64,000 nt of DNA from NCBI RefSeq assembly GCF_963921235.1, contig NC_086097.1:115074001-115138000 (forward strand). The letters are read 5' to 3'. The translations under genes and the position numbers were made by a program. The notes below the pieces were generated by a model, which saw nothing but the letters and a program-made list of their open reading frames with translations, was not told the origin of the DNA and did no database searches. Of the stretch, positions 1-12,614 are shown piece by piece; position 1 is the stretch's first letter; each line of letters starts with the position of its first letter. Origin of the DNA: Mobula hypostoma. Its lineage: Eukaryota.

Positions 1-325
1 TGTCCCAAATAAATGAAGGGAATCCCAGCTATCCTCAACTATTTTTTGTTCCTTAATGGATGGCCCTAATAAGTGGCAACTGCAATTACCCAGAATCCAC
101 TATATATATTTATATATACAGTATACTGCACCTAACAAAGTGGCCACTGAATGTATGCTCATGGTTCTCTACTGCTGTAGCCCATCCATTTCAAGGTCCG
201 ACATGTTGTGCATTCATAGTCACTGTTCTGCACACTACTGTTGCACCACAAGGTTATCTAGAGGTACCGGTCTTCACAGCACACCAATTGCAGGAAAAAT
301 GTTGTGAACAAGGGAAACCTCTACC

Positions 326-1560
326 TGTCATGGTCCGGATCGGGGTTCCTTTAAATTTACCTTGTTTATGTTATGATCTGAACCGTTGATTCCCTGTTTT
401 ACCCGTGTCCCTCTGCTTTGGTGATTAGAGGCAATCAATGCTCGGCTGAACCAGTAGTTTATAGTCTCCGGCTTTCAGCCGTTTGGCGCGGGAGCATCTG
501 CAAAGTCATCAAAGGCATGGAGTGCCGATGTCATCTGGCCGGAGCAAGCCTAGTCTCTGCCGAAGCGAGTGCTGGTATTTCGCCCTTCCTCACCGGAGCA
601 ACCCAGTCCAGTTACCTCGACGAGGCGAGCCTGCGAGGTTTCCTCATCAAGGTGGGTCCATCAGTTAACCCGCCGGATGGAATCAAGAACCGCTGCCTAC
701 TGTTCCCGGGCCGAGTCGAGAGCTCGCCACTACCCAGAGGCTCCAAGTCAAGTCCTGGCTCTGGCAGCATTCAAGCACTAAGTCAAGTCCTGTCCCTGGC
801 AGCATTCAAGCACTAAGTCAAGTCCTGTCCCTGGCAGCATTCAAGCACCAAGTCAGGTCCTGGTCCTGGCACAGTCAAGCACCAAGTCAAGTCCTGGCCC
901 TGGCAGCATTCAAGCACTAAGTCAAGTCCTGTTCCTGGTGGCTTCCCAGTTCTGAGTCAAGTCCTGGCCCTGGCGGTCTGTGATTCCTGTCATGTTTTGA
1001 CTTGTCCTCACCTCCGTGGGGTAGGTCAGGCCATCTTGCCGTTGCCCCACAGAGGGTCATGCATCCCGGCCCTATGTCCTGTACCCAAGGAGGGGTCCCG
1101 GCTCTCTGTTCTGTGTGCGAGTCCCAGCCCTATGTCTTGTACCCAAGGAGGGATCCCGATTCTGTGTTCTGTGTATGTGTCCATGGTTCCATGTACCTGC
1201 TCTCCCGATACTGAGGCTCTGTTTTCCATGTTCCTCCTCTCCCTAGCCCATGTCATGTCCATGCCTGGTTCTGGGGTCCGAGCCCGAGGCAAGACCCAGG
1301 TACTGGGCCCTTGCCAAGTCTCGGGCTCGGAGTCCATACCCTAGCCTCTTCATGTCTCCTCTAGTTCTGGGAGCCGATTCCGAGTCCTAGCCCAGACCCT
1401 CGGTCCCAGCCTAGTCGTAGTCCTCAGTCCTTGTCCAGTTCGCTACTCCTGCTCCTGCCTAGCTCTCCTGGTATCGTAAATAAACTAAATCTAAGTAACC
1501 TCACAAGATGTGTCTTGCTTTTGGGTCCACCCTTGCTCCCAACGCCCCACCATTGTGACA
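326..1560 (+). mobile_element. Solo LTR (Gypsy-like)
   Basis: Inverted ends TGTCA...TGACA, 5-bp TSD CTACC at 321-325 and 1561-1565, AATAAA near 1478, and no coding capacity. Confidence 0.85.
744..975. repeat. Tandem repeat of about 36 bp inside the solo LTR
   Basis: The unit caagtcaagtcctgtccctggcagcattcaagcact repeats about 5-6 times head to tail with variants. Confidence 0.9.
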
Positions 1561-1974
1561 CTACCTGACTTTCATAGATTTGACAACAGCATTTGATATG
1601 GTAGAGCACCAAGCTCTCCGGCGTATACTATCAAGTACAGTATACTATACTTTGCCCTGACAAGTAATTACAAATACTGAGGCCACTGTATGATGGCATG
1701 TCAACCATTGTATTCAGCAATAGTGGTGCTGAATCAGAACCCTTCACTGTCAATACAGAGGTCAAGCAGGGCTGTATTTTTGCACCCATCCTATTTGCCA
1801 TCTTTATTGCACCATCCTTCAACTCATTGGTCAAGCCCTGCCACAGGGAATCCCAGTCGTGTATAGAATGGGCAATAGGCTTTTCAACTTTAACTGGTTC
1901 AAGTCAGCACCACCACTATTATGAAGCTTCAGTGTGCAAATGGTAATGCCTTCACAGCACACTCTGAAGTCAAA

Positions 1975-2490
1975 AGCAGAATTTCCTGGTGACCAACCAT
2001 TTTACTTCCTATCCCCACTCCCCATTCTGACATGTTGATTCATGGCCTCCTTCATTGCCACGATGAGGCCTCTTTCAGGGTGGAGGAACAACACCTCAAA
2101 TTCCATCTTGGTAACCTCCAACCTGATGGCATGAACATTGATTTCTGCTTTTGGGATTTTTCCCTCACCCTTCCCTCTTCTTCTATTCCTCACTCTGTCC
2201 TCTTACTTCTTTTCCTCACCTGCCTATCACCTCCCACTGGTACCCCTCCTTCTTCTCTTTTTCCCATGGTCCATTCTTCTCCCCTATCAGATTCCTTTTT
2301 CTCCAGCCCTTTACCTTTACCTATTCCCTTCTAGCTGGTCCTCCTTCCCTTCTCTACTGTTTCATTATTCTGGCATCTTTACCCGTCCTTCCCAGTCCTG
2401 AGGAAGTGTCTCAGCCTGAAACGTTGAGTGTCTGTTCATTTCTCTAGATGCTGCCTGACTTGCTGAGTTCTGCCTGCATTTAGTGTGCAC
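1975..2490 (+). mobile_element. Penelope-like element 3' fragment (GIY-YIG C-terminus plus pLTR)
   Basis: HGLLHCHDEASFRVEEQHLKFHLGNLQPDGMNIDF matches the end of the PLE ORF at 44013-44342. A pyrimidine-rich tail and a degenerate hammerhead motif (about 2395-2430) follow. Confidence 0.8.
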
Positions 2491-4935
2491 AACACTCTGA
2501 AGAAAATTTCCAATGTAGTACTAGTAGTGCTACTGGAACCTATGCAAGATTGAGGAAAAGAATCTTTGAAGACCACGAACTACAAATTCAAACCAATTGT
2601 CCTTCCTACATTACTGTGTAGGGCTGAATCATAGACAACTTACAGTAGGAATGTGAAAGCTCTGAAACAATATAACCAAAGAGCCTTGCAAAAGTTTTTG
2701 AGGAAAGACAGACACGTTAACATCAGCATACTGGAGAGAGTCAACATGAGCAGCATTTCCACCATGATGAAGCAACACCAACTCCAATGGATGGGCCATG
2801 TCATTCAGATGTCTTACTCCTTTACTCCCAGTTGAAGGAAGGTCAGTGAGCCCCTGGTGGGCAAAGGAAATGCTTCAAAGATTACATCAAGATCAGCCTG
2901 AAGAAATTCAACATTACAGCAAAAAACTGAGAAGACACTGCACTCAATAGATACAGCTGGAGAAAATCTGTTCAAATGGATGTTGTGCTAAAGGAGCGCG
3001 GCGTGTGCTGCAGAGAGCAAGTGGCAGCTGTGAAAGGAGAGACTGAACAACCAAAAGACCGAGCCAGCAATGACAGCCACCTCTTAGTCCTGTCCACATT
3101 GGCACTAGAACATGTGGATCCCAGATCGACCTCTACAGCCACCTGAGGGCCCACGAATAGACAAACTCTTAGGATTCTTACTTGACTCGTCTCGACTCCA
3201 GTGACAACAATATATTTGAGGTTCTGTCACCTTCCTGTTAACATAAACCATTCTGGCCAATCTTCTTTGACCTTTCTCGTTAACAAGGCAATTTCACCCG
3301 CAGAACTGCCACTCACTAGATTTTTTTTTGCACAATTCTTGGAAAGCTCTAGAGACACTTGAGCATCAAAATCCCAGGAAATCAGCAGTTTCTGAGATAC
3401 TCAAAACGCTCCCTCGGGCACCAACAATCATTCCACTGTCAGAGTCCCTTAGATCACATATCTTCCCCATTCTGATGTTTGTTCTGAACAACAACTGAAC
3501 TTCCTGACCATGGCTGCATGCTTTTATGCATTGGGTTGCTGCCACATGATTGGCTAATTATAAATTTGCATTAATGAACAGAAGTATCTAATAAAGTGGC
3601 TACTAAGTGTATTCTTATTATAATTTATAATTCTATTTTATATGGATTGCACTGTACTACTGCTATAAAATGACAAATTTCATGACATATGGAAGTGATA
3701 TTAAACCTGAATTTGATTCTGATCCTGATTCATTGCAGTGGTTGGTATGTCACTAGGTGCAGATATATCATGGGTCTACTATGAATAGTTATATTGGGCT
3801 GACTCATTTTAGTTAATGGATAGCATAGCTCACTGGTACATAAACAGAGAATATGCATACAGGGAATATTATATCATCAATGAAAAGAAAAATTGCAATA
3901 TCTACATCAATTGAATGCTCCACTGGGAATTTTGGCCTTTCCATGGATCTGTGCATCAATAATCAGTGAATCCAGGAACAAATCTCTTCCTACTGCAGGA
4001 GCTTTCCATTCTGTAATGACTGCACTGCAGTCCCTGAAAGTTATTTCAATCATTGTCCCAATTAAATACTACTATTTAAGCAGCAGTAATGAAGAAATGA
4101 ATTATATTGGCTGAATTCAGAAGTGCAGCTTGCTGATTGTACATATTTCTTTCTGCTTCATGTGAATATAGCCAGTTAAGATAAAAAGAAATCTTAAAAT
4201 GGCTTTACCCAGCAGTGTTTCTGTATGCTTACATAATAAAACATTTCAATCTGTTGTCATTTAATCTCTGGGTAATAATTACATAAAACCTGTTCTGTTC
4301 AATCAGAGCCTGCTATATATAATGAGACGTGCAGAATACAGTATTCTGCCAGACAGAAGTGGATGGAAATATGATTTGCAATTACTACCAAGATGCTAAG
4401 AACAGTTCAGGACTCTATCACTTTGTCCAGCAATATGTTAAAATAGCTCACATCTTAAAATTTGTCTCCTTCAGATTTAGAGTGTCATGCCAACACATCA
4501 CAGCAAATTCCTAATATACGTATACGGCGAATAAAATTGATCATAAATTAATATGCATTATATGTAAGAATTTCCAGCGGGTAAATAAAACAGAACAATT
4601 TCTATTTCTGCATGGGTAACAACTATACAGGGGTACAAACACGAATTGAAACAAAACTGTTGGAAACAAAACCAAGGAAAGAGATGTAATTCAACAAATT
4701 TCTTGAATCTAAATCATGAGAAAATCTGCAGATGCTGGAAATCAACAGACACAAAATGCTGGAGGAACCCAACAGGTCATACAGCACCCATGGAAGTGAA
4801 TAGACAGTTGACATTTCGGACCTAGACACTTCTTCAGAACTGTCTGAAGGTGGATTAAGGGAGGAGGATAGCTAGAAGGTGATAGGTGAAGCTAAGTGGG
4901 TTGGAAAGGTAAAGAGGCTGGAGAGAAAGGAATCT

Positions 4936-5281
4936 GATCTGGATACTATAGAGAGAGTGCAGAGGAGATTTACAAGGATGTTGCCTGGATTGGAGAGCAT
5001 GCCTTATGAGAATAGGTTGAGTGAACTTAGCCTTTTCTCCGTCGAGCGACAGAGTATGAGAGGTGACTTGATAGAGATGTATAAGATGATGAGAGGCATT
5101 GATTGTATGGATAGCCAGAGGATCTTTCCCAAGGCTTAAGTGGCTAACATGAGGAGACGTAGTTTTAAGGTGCTTGGAAGTAGGTTCAGGGGGGATGTCA
5201 GAGGTAAGGTTTTCACACAGAGAATGGTGGCTGTGTGGAATGCATTGCCAGCAAAGGTGGTAGAGCGGGATACAATAGGGT
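4936..5281 (+). mobile_element. CR1/HER1-like LINE 3' fragment inserted in a minus-strand PLE remnant (about 4715-5420)
   Basis: IERVQRRFTRMLPGLESMPYENRLSELSLFS..RGDLIEMYKMMRG is typical of the CR1 ORF2 C-terminus. Confidence 0.8.
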
Positions 5282-5469
5282 AGAGAAAGGTTCAATAGAA
5301 CGGGAATGGGAATTGGAATTAAAATGTTTGGTCACTGGGAAATTCCGCTTTTGGTGGATTGGGCAGAGGTGCTCAATGTAGTCGTCCCCCAGTTTACAAC
5401 AATTCTCACCGAATACAGGAACACTGCTGGCAATCTATCTTAATTGGCTACATTCATATGAAGAAGAAG

Positions 5470-6290
5470 GAAATATGTCCAATCAGCAAAGGAAATGATT
5501 GTGGACTTCAGGAAGGTGCAGACAAACCATCCCTCTCTGCAAATACTTGGCTCCACCGTACAGAGAGTTAAATGCACTATGTTCCTGGGAGTTCACATCA
5601 TGGATGACCTCACCTGGTCCCTTAATAAGAAAGCACAGCAGTCCCTCCACATCCGAAGAAGATTGAGGCAAGCAAGACTCCTCTCACCCTCCCCCCATCT
5701 TTGCTGCATATTACAGGAGCACCATTGAGAGCATCCTGACAAGTTGCATCTCCATCTGGCGTGGGAGTAGTCGAGCATCGGACCAGAAATCCCTACAAAG
5801 GACTGTGAGAACAGCTGAGAGGATCATAGGGACCTCTCTGCCATCCATTGGGCATGGTTATCAGGATCGCTGCGTACACAGTGCCCTTATTGTTATCAAG
5901 GATCCCACCCATCCATTCAGCATCCTCTTTGACTTTCTGCCATCAGCCAGGGGATGACATGTATAAAAACAAGAATGGTCAGGATGAGAAACAGTTTCTT
6001 CCCCCAGGGCATTAGGCTTCTGAACTCACGGCTGCATCATATTTAAAGTGTCGCTGGTTAACCTGTTCTGTATCTTACAATATTTGATATTAATGCACTT
6101 CTGTTTGTTTTTTTTATGTGTGATTCATCTGTAGATTTTATGCTTACCTTCATAAATTATTGTGTATTATGTGTACTATGCTTTACATCCTGATTCAAAG
6201 AAATGTTGTCTTGTTTCTATATGCATTATACAGTATGATTATATATATTATATACATGTATGTAGTTAAATGACAATAAACTTTACTTCT
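5470..6290 (+). mobile_element. Rex1/Babar-like LINE 3' fragment
   Basis: MIVDFRK..FLGVHIMDDLTWS..KKAQQSL and ESILTSCISIW motifs, with a tail ending aaatgacaataaac. A similar copy lies at about 18010-18740. Confidence 0.65.
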
Positions 6291-6299
6291 CCCCACTTC

Positions 6300-8410
6300 A
6301 CTTCACCGATGGAGGCTGCACCAGGAGCAACAGACACAAAACATGACACCAGCAGATTCTCAGAAGTGTTGCCTCACCAGGAAGGACAGTTTGAATCCTG
6401 AATGGAGGCAATAGAGGAGGTGAATGAGCAGGTGTAGCACTCTGGCTGCATCCTGGGATAAGTGCCGGTAGGGTGATTAGTGGGGAAGGGTGAATGGACA
6501 AGGGAATCACAGAGGGAGTGATTACTGTGGAAGGCAGAGAGAGCAGGACAGCATCTATGGTGGAGGAAGGGAAACCCGATTTTTTCAAGAAGGACAATAT
6601 CTCTGACGGCTTGGAAAGGAAAGACGCAGCCTAGGAACTGATGCGGAAGAGATGAATGAACTGAGAAAAGGGAATAGCACTTTTACAGAAGAGAATGTGG
6701 GAAGAGGTATTGTGGGAATCTGTATGTTTACAAAAGATGTCATTCAACAGTTTGTCCCCAGATATGGAGAAAGACAGATTAAGAAAAGGGAAGGAGATGT
6801 CACAAAGGGGCCAAGTGAATTTAAGGGCCGGGTGGAAGTTAGAGGCGAAGTTGATTAAATTGACGAGTTCAACAAGTGTGCATGAAGCAACATCAATGCA
6901 GTCGTCAATGTAGCGGAGGAAGAGTTGGGGAACATTACATGGGAAGGCTTGAAACATGGACTGTTCTACATAGCCAACGAAGAAGCAGTCATAGCTGGGG
7001 CCCCTCGAGTCTGGATAAAGCGGGAGGAACTGTCAGAAAAATGTTTGAGGACAAGGACCAGTTCTGTCAGAGGGAGAGTGTGATGGTGGAGGGGAACTGG
7101 TTGGTTCTTTTATAGAAAAGAAACAGAGAGCTTTAAGGCCTTCCTAATGAGGGAATAGAAATCAATAGGGACTAGATATCCATGACGAAAATGAAGTGGT
7201 CAGGACCAGGGAATTAAAAGTTACTGAGGAGATCAAGAGAAGTGTCATGGGTGTAGGAAAGGAGGGACTGAACCAAGAGGCATAGAATGGAGTTGACATA
7301 TGTGGTCACAAGGTTTGTGGGGCAGGAACAGGCAGAGACAATAGGCCTATTCAGACAGTCTGGTTTGTGGATCTTGGGTTGGAGGTAGAAGCAAGCTGTG
7401 TCGGGTAAGGGAGCTATGAGTTTTATGGTTTTGGATGGGAGTTCTCCAGAGTGATGAGGTCAGTGATTTTGTTGGAGGTGGTTTTTTGATGGTCCAGAAT
7501 TGGGTCCTTTCCAAGGGGTAGGTATGAGGAGATGTCTGAGAGTTGTTGCCCGACCTCAGCAAGGTAGATGTCAGTCCACCACACTACAAAACAACCCTCT
7601 TTGTCTGAAGTTTTGATGGTGAGGTTGGAATTGGTGCAGAGAGAGTGGAGTGCAGTGTGTTCAGAGGGAGTAGGGTTCGAGGAGGAGAGATGAATGCTGA
7701 AGTCGAGATGGTTCATGTCTTGTTGACAATTCGAGATGAAAAGATGCAGAGCAGGTGGAGAACCAGAGTGGGGTGTCCAAGAAGAGGAGGAGGGTTGGAG
7801 ACTGGAGAAAGAGTCCTCAGTGCGGGGTGTGGAGTTCTTGCCAAACAAGTGGGCTCAGAGACAGAGGTGATGGAAGCAGAGCTCGACATCATGGCAGGCA
7901 TGAAGCTCACTAAGGCGCAGGCAAAGGGGGCCAAAGGTAAGGCCCTTGCTGAGGAAAAAAACGTTCTGCTTCAGAGAGGGGAAGGCTGGAGGGAAAGGCG
8001 AAGACACAGCAGGGATTAGAGTGGGGAAGAGATTTGGTGGTGCCAGAGAAGAGAAGAGTGATGGGGTGTTCAGGGAAGGAGGGAGGCAGGAGGAAGATGG
8101 AGGCTGCGAGGACCTAATAAGTGACAGTGGAGCCAGAGAGACAAAGGATTGGAGAGTGGTGGTGAGAGAAGGGGAGCCTGGAGGCCCAGCATTAGTGAGG
8201 AAAGTCTCGTCCAGGAAATGCTGGCCGTTGAGGTCCATGCTGGAACCGAAGCCAGAGGTTGCACAATTTTCAGTCTGAAGGTGTCTGGGGTCATAGGAAC
8301 CAGCAATGGTGGTGGTGGAAACCAGGGTCTGGATCCACTCGGAGTCATTGGAACTGGAGTTGCTGACAATTGTATCACTAGTCCAGGGGCATCCTGGGCC
8401 ATCCTGGGCC
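6300..8410 (-). mobile_element. Degenerate Penelope-like element (RT)
   Basis: Minus-strand ORFs include LFLRYIDDCI..FHPALKFTW and LSKGLTF, homologous to the 41751-44734 element. It is frameshifted. Confidence 0.85.
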
Positions 8411-9388
8411 ATTGCAATGTTCTTAGATGCATTTTGTTAAATCATTGAAGATTATGGCACAGAAATCCATTCAGCCCATTATGTCTATCTAGGCCCCTCA
8501 TAGTTTGAAACACCTCAATTAGGTCACTTTTAGCCTCACTTGCTCTATAGAAAACAATATTGGCTACCCCGTCCATTCTCAAAGTGAACATTTTCCATTT
8601 AGTGTTGCAATTGCTCCATCTCCAGGGTAATCACATTTATAATAAAGTAACAATACTGTAGTTGCACTCAGAGGGGACATAATGGCCACTAGGACATTGA
8701 GGAGCAGATATGCCGGCAGATTGAGGAAAGGTATAAAAACAATCAGATTATGTCCTGCTGAAGGGTCTTGGCCCAAAACATTGACTGCAGATGCTGCCTG
8801 GCCTGCTGAGCTCCTCCAGCATTTTGTGTGTGTTGCTTGGATTTCCAGCATCTGCAGATTTTCTCTCGTTTTTGAAAACAATCAGGCTGTTGTCACTTGG
8901 GACTTCAAATTCCCTCATATAAACTGGGACCTTTTTAATGCAGGAAGTTTAGGTGGGGCAGAATTTGTTAGGTGCATCCAGGAGGATTCCTAAAATCAAT
9001 AAGTAGATAGTAGATAATATGTAGAAATTTTTAAGATATCTATACAAAAGGATAAGTATAAACCTACATTAGAGCAGGGAAAATTACAAGAGCATTAGGC
9101 AGGAACCAGAAGAGTTAATTGGGAACAGTTGTTTTTGGGCAAGTTCGCGTCTGACACGTGGAGGGTGTTTAAAGACCAACTGCACAGAGTACAGGACAGG
9201 TATGCTTTAGTCCGAAAGAAGGGAAAGGATGTCAAGGTAAGAGATCCTTGAGTGTCAAGGAAAGTAATGAATTTAGTCAAGAAGAAAAAGGAAAAGTATG
9301 TATAGCTTAGGAAGCTAGAATCAAACAGAGCCCTTGAGGATTATAAAGAAGTCAAAAAGAACTCAAGATAAGAATTAGGAAAGCCAAC

Positions 9389-10120
9389 TATGAGGGTTCT
9401 CAGTCATCCAGGTCATTGTATATCAAGCAGTAGTAAATCAAGGCCCAACTGGACTTGCTGTATTGTCTAGAAGATGCTTCACCACTCATCCAAGAGGCTT
9501 CTTCAGTTCTGATCCATGGTGGGTAGCTTTCTGGCTTATAAACTCTGAGTTGTTTCAAGGTATAGCAATCGAGTGAGTGTCGTTAAGAGTCGCAGAGGTA
9601 ATGAGAGGGACATTAGTCTTATCTTTGAATGAATGAAGGTGTGAACTACTGTGGAGACGCTGGAGTAAAAATGTTTGAGTTACATTGTAAGTAGCTGATA
9701 GGTGGTGTTGTACCTCATCCCCTCTGTTCAGGCATGGGTTTCAAGTTTAACAAAAATCGTTTCTTTAACCCGTCTTTCAAACCACCTGTCCGTCCTATCC
9801 AAAATATACACATTGTTATCATCAAAGGAGTGTCCCTTGTCTTCTAGGTGTAGATATACAGCCGAATCTTGACCTGAGGTGTTAGCCCTCATATGTTGAG
9901 TCATCCGTTTGTGAAATAGTTGTTTTGTTTCACGGGTATACAGATATATGAGGTTCTCATTGCATTGGATAGCATATACAATATTGCTCTGCTGGGCTGT
10001 TTATAGGCCAGAAAACTACTCACCATGGATTAGAACTGAAGAAGCCTCTCAGATGAGTGGTGAAACGTCTTCTAAACAACACAGCAAGTCCAGTTGCCTT
10101 GATTTATTGTTGCTTGATAT
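9389..10120 (-). mobile_element. Second Penelope-like family (Poseidon-type): GIY-YIG remnant with inverted pLTR ends
   Basis: Manual translation of the minus strand of about 9720-9992 gives QSNIVYAIQCNENLIYLYTRETKQLFHKRMTQHMRANTSGQDSAVYLHLEDKGHSFDDNNVYILD. There is an inverted repeat of about 120 bp at 9421-9543 and 10000-10120 containing CTGAAGA..GAAACGTC. Confidence 0.75.
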
Positions 10121-10350
10121 AGTCATAGTCATAGTCATACTTTATTGATCCTGAAGGAAATTGGTTTTCATTACAGTTGCACCATAAATAATTAAATAGT
10201 AATAAAACCATAAATAATTAAATAGTATTATATAAATTATGCCAGGAAATGTCCAGGACCAGCCTATTGGCTCCGGTTGTCTGACCCTCCAAAGGAGGAG
10301 TTGTAAAGCTTGATGGCCACAGGCAGGAATGACTTCCTATGACTTCCAAT
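10120..10350 (-). mobile_element. Rex1-like LINE 3' end with (TATGAC)n tail
   Basis: Reverse complement of ggatcaataaagtatgactatgactat, the same tail as the 46777-47907 element. Confidence 0.7.
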
Positions 10351-12614
10351 ATAATTGGGAAAGCCAGAATTAGGAAGGCCATGAAAAGTCTTTGGCAAGT
10401 CAGTTTAGGAGAATCCCAAGGCATTCCATCTATACGTCAAGTACAAGAGGAAAACTAGGGAGGGGACAGTCCCATTCAAGGATAAAGCGGGGAAACATTT
10501 GCTTGGAGGTGGAAGATGTGGGTGAGGTCCTAAATGAGTACATAACATCATAATTTACCATAGCGCAGGAGATGAAGAATAGGGAGATCAGTGCCAAATG
10601 TACAAATATGTTAGGGCATTCAGAGGTAAAGGAGGAGGTTAACAAATTTCATGTCACATGCCAGTGATAATAAACCTGATTCTGATTCTGATTCCGTATT
10701 GAGTCTCTTAAAGAGCATTATGGTGGATAAGTCCCCAGGGCCTAATGGGACATATGCTAGGTTTTGAGAGAGGCAAGAGAAAAGATTGCTGGGGCATCTC
10801 TAGCTCATCCTATTCTAGTCCTGAACGACTGGTGAATAACCAATGTTGTTCCATTATTCAAGAAGGGAACAAGGTGTAATCCTGGAAACTATAGACTGGT
10901 GAGTTTCACATCACTGGAGGCAGGGCTTCAGGTTCTTGGATCATTGGGATCTCCTCTGGGGAAGTATGACCTGTACGAAAGGGACGGGTTGCACTTGAAC
11001 CAGAGGTTGACCAATATTCTCGCAGACAGGTTTGTTAGAGCTGTTGGGGAGGATTTAAGCTAATTTAGCAGGGGGTTGAGTTAAGAAACTGCAAGGTAAA
11101 AGGACTCTGATGGCAGTTATATACCAGCCTCCCAACAATAGCTGGGATGTTGACCACAGTCTACAACAGGAAACAGAAAAGGCTGTGTCAAAAGACAGGT
11201 CGATTCAGATAATCATGTTGGTAATGGATCTCAAAAGGGTGAGTTTGTTGAGTGCCTACAAGATGCCATTTTAGAGCAGTTTGTCATTGAGCCAACTAGA
11301 GGATCAGCTATATTTGATTGAGTATTATGAACCAGAGGCGATTAGGGAGCTAAGATAAAAGAGCCCTTAGGAGCCAGTGATCACAATATGATTGAGTTCA
11401 ACTTGAAATCTGAGAGGGAGAAAATAAAGACTGATGTAGCAGTATTTCAGTGGAGTAAGGGAGATTACAGTGGTGTGAGAGAGGAGTTGGCCAAAGTAAA
11501 TTGGAATGAGATACTGGTAGGGATGTCGGCAGAGCAGCAATGGTGTGAGTTTCTAGGAAAAATGAGGAAGGTGCAGGATAAATCTATTCCAAAAATGAAG
11601 AAATACTCAAATGGCAAAATAGTATAACTGTGGCTGACAAGGGGAGTCAAAGCTAATGTAAAAATGAAAAGGAGGGCATACAACAAAGCAAAAATTAGCG
11701 GGAAGATAGAGGACTGGGATATTTAAAAAAAAACCTACAGAAAGATAATTAGAAGAATAAATAGAATAATTAGAAGGGAAAAGATGAAATATGAAAGCAA
11801 GCTAGCAAATAATATCAAAGTGGATGGTAAAAGCTTTTTCAAGTATGTTAAAAATTAAAAGAGGGATGAGAGTGGATATAGGACCATAAGAAAATGAGGC
11901 CTGAGAAATAATAACGAGGGACAAGGAGATGGCAGATGAACTAAATGAGTATTTTGCTTTAGTCTGCACTGTGGAAGATACTAGCAGTGTGCCAATGTTG
12001 AAGGGTGTGAGGGAAGAGAAGTGAGTGCAGTTACTATTACAAGGGAGAAGATGCTCAAAATGCTGAAAGACCTAAGGGTACTTAAGTCACCTGGACCAGA
12101 TGAACTGACCCTAGAGTTCTGAAAGAGGTAACTGTAGAGATTGTGGTGGCATTAGTCATGATCTCTCAAAAATCACTGGACTCTAGTATGGTGCCAGAGG
12201 ACTAGAAATTTGCAAATGTCATTCCTCTATTTGAGAAAGGAAGAAGCCAGCAGAAGAGGTAATATAGACCAGTTAGCCTGACCTCAGTGTTTGGGAAGAT
12301 GTTGGAGTCAACTTTAAGGATTAGATTTTGGAGTACTTGTCGACACAGGACAAGCTAGGACAAAGTCAGCATGTTTTCCTTAAAGAAAAATATTGCCTCT
12401 TGGACCTGTTGGAATTCTTTGAGGAGATTACAAGTAGGTTAGATAAAGGGGATGCAATGGATGTTGTATATTTGGACTTTTAGAAGTCCTTTGACGAGGT
12501 GCCACACATGAGGCTGCTTACCAAGATAAGAGCCCATGGTATTACAGGAAAGTTAATAATATGGTTAGAGCATTGGTTGATTGGTAGGAGGCAGTGAGTG
12601 GGAATAAAAGTGCT

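Larger units (their letters stand above)
261..3210 (+). mobile_element. Degenerate RTE-clade LINE (reverse transcriptase remnants)
   Basis: Translates VFTAHQLQEKCCEQGKPLYL and, after the LTR insertion, TFIDLTTAFD. Further on it reads EPFTVNTEVKQGCIFAPILFAIF and HQLQWMGHVIQM, all RTE-type RT motifs. It has many stops and frameshifts. Confidence 0.75.
60..3611. mobile_element. Tc1/mariner-like non-autonomous TIR element (MITE), split by later insertions
   Basis: Shares the TIR motif (..ctaataaagtggccactgaatgt) and internal sequence with uninterrupted copies at 25921-26470 and 41047-41593. The left part ends at about 260 and the sequence resumes at about 3212 (tatttgaggttctgtcaccttcctg). The left boundary is approximate. 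Confidence 0.6.
8880..12610 (+). mobile_element. Mosaic of degenerate CR1/HER1-like LINE pieces (EN, RT and an ORF1 esterase fragment at about 10920-11065)
   Basis: DFKFPHINW, SDHNMIEF, KSPGPD, RPVSLTS and DVVYLDF motifs. DGLHLN at about 10985 is typical of the CR1 ORF1 SGNH esterase. Other elements interrupt it. Confidence 0.75.

Noticed and set aside
744..975. 36-bp repeats superficially like a CRISPR array
   Set aside because: The units are head to tail with no unique spacers, there are no cas genes, and the array lies inside a vertebrate solo LTR.
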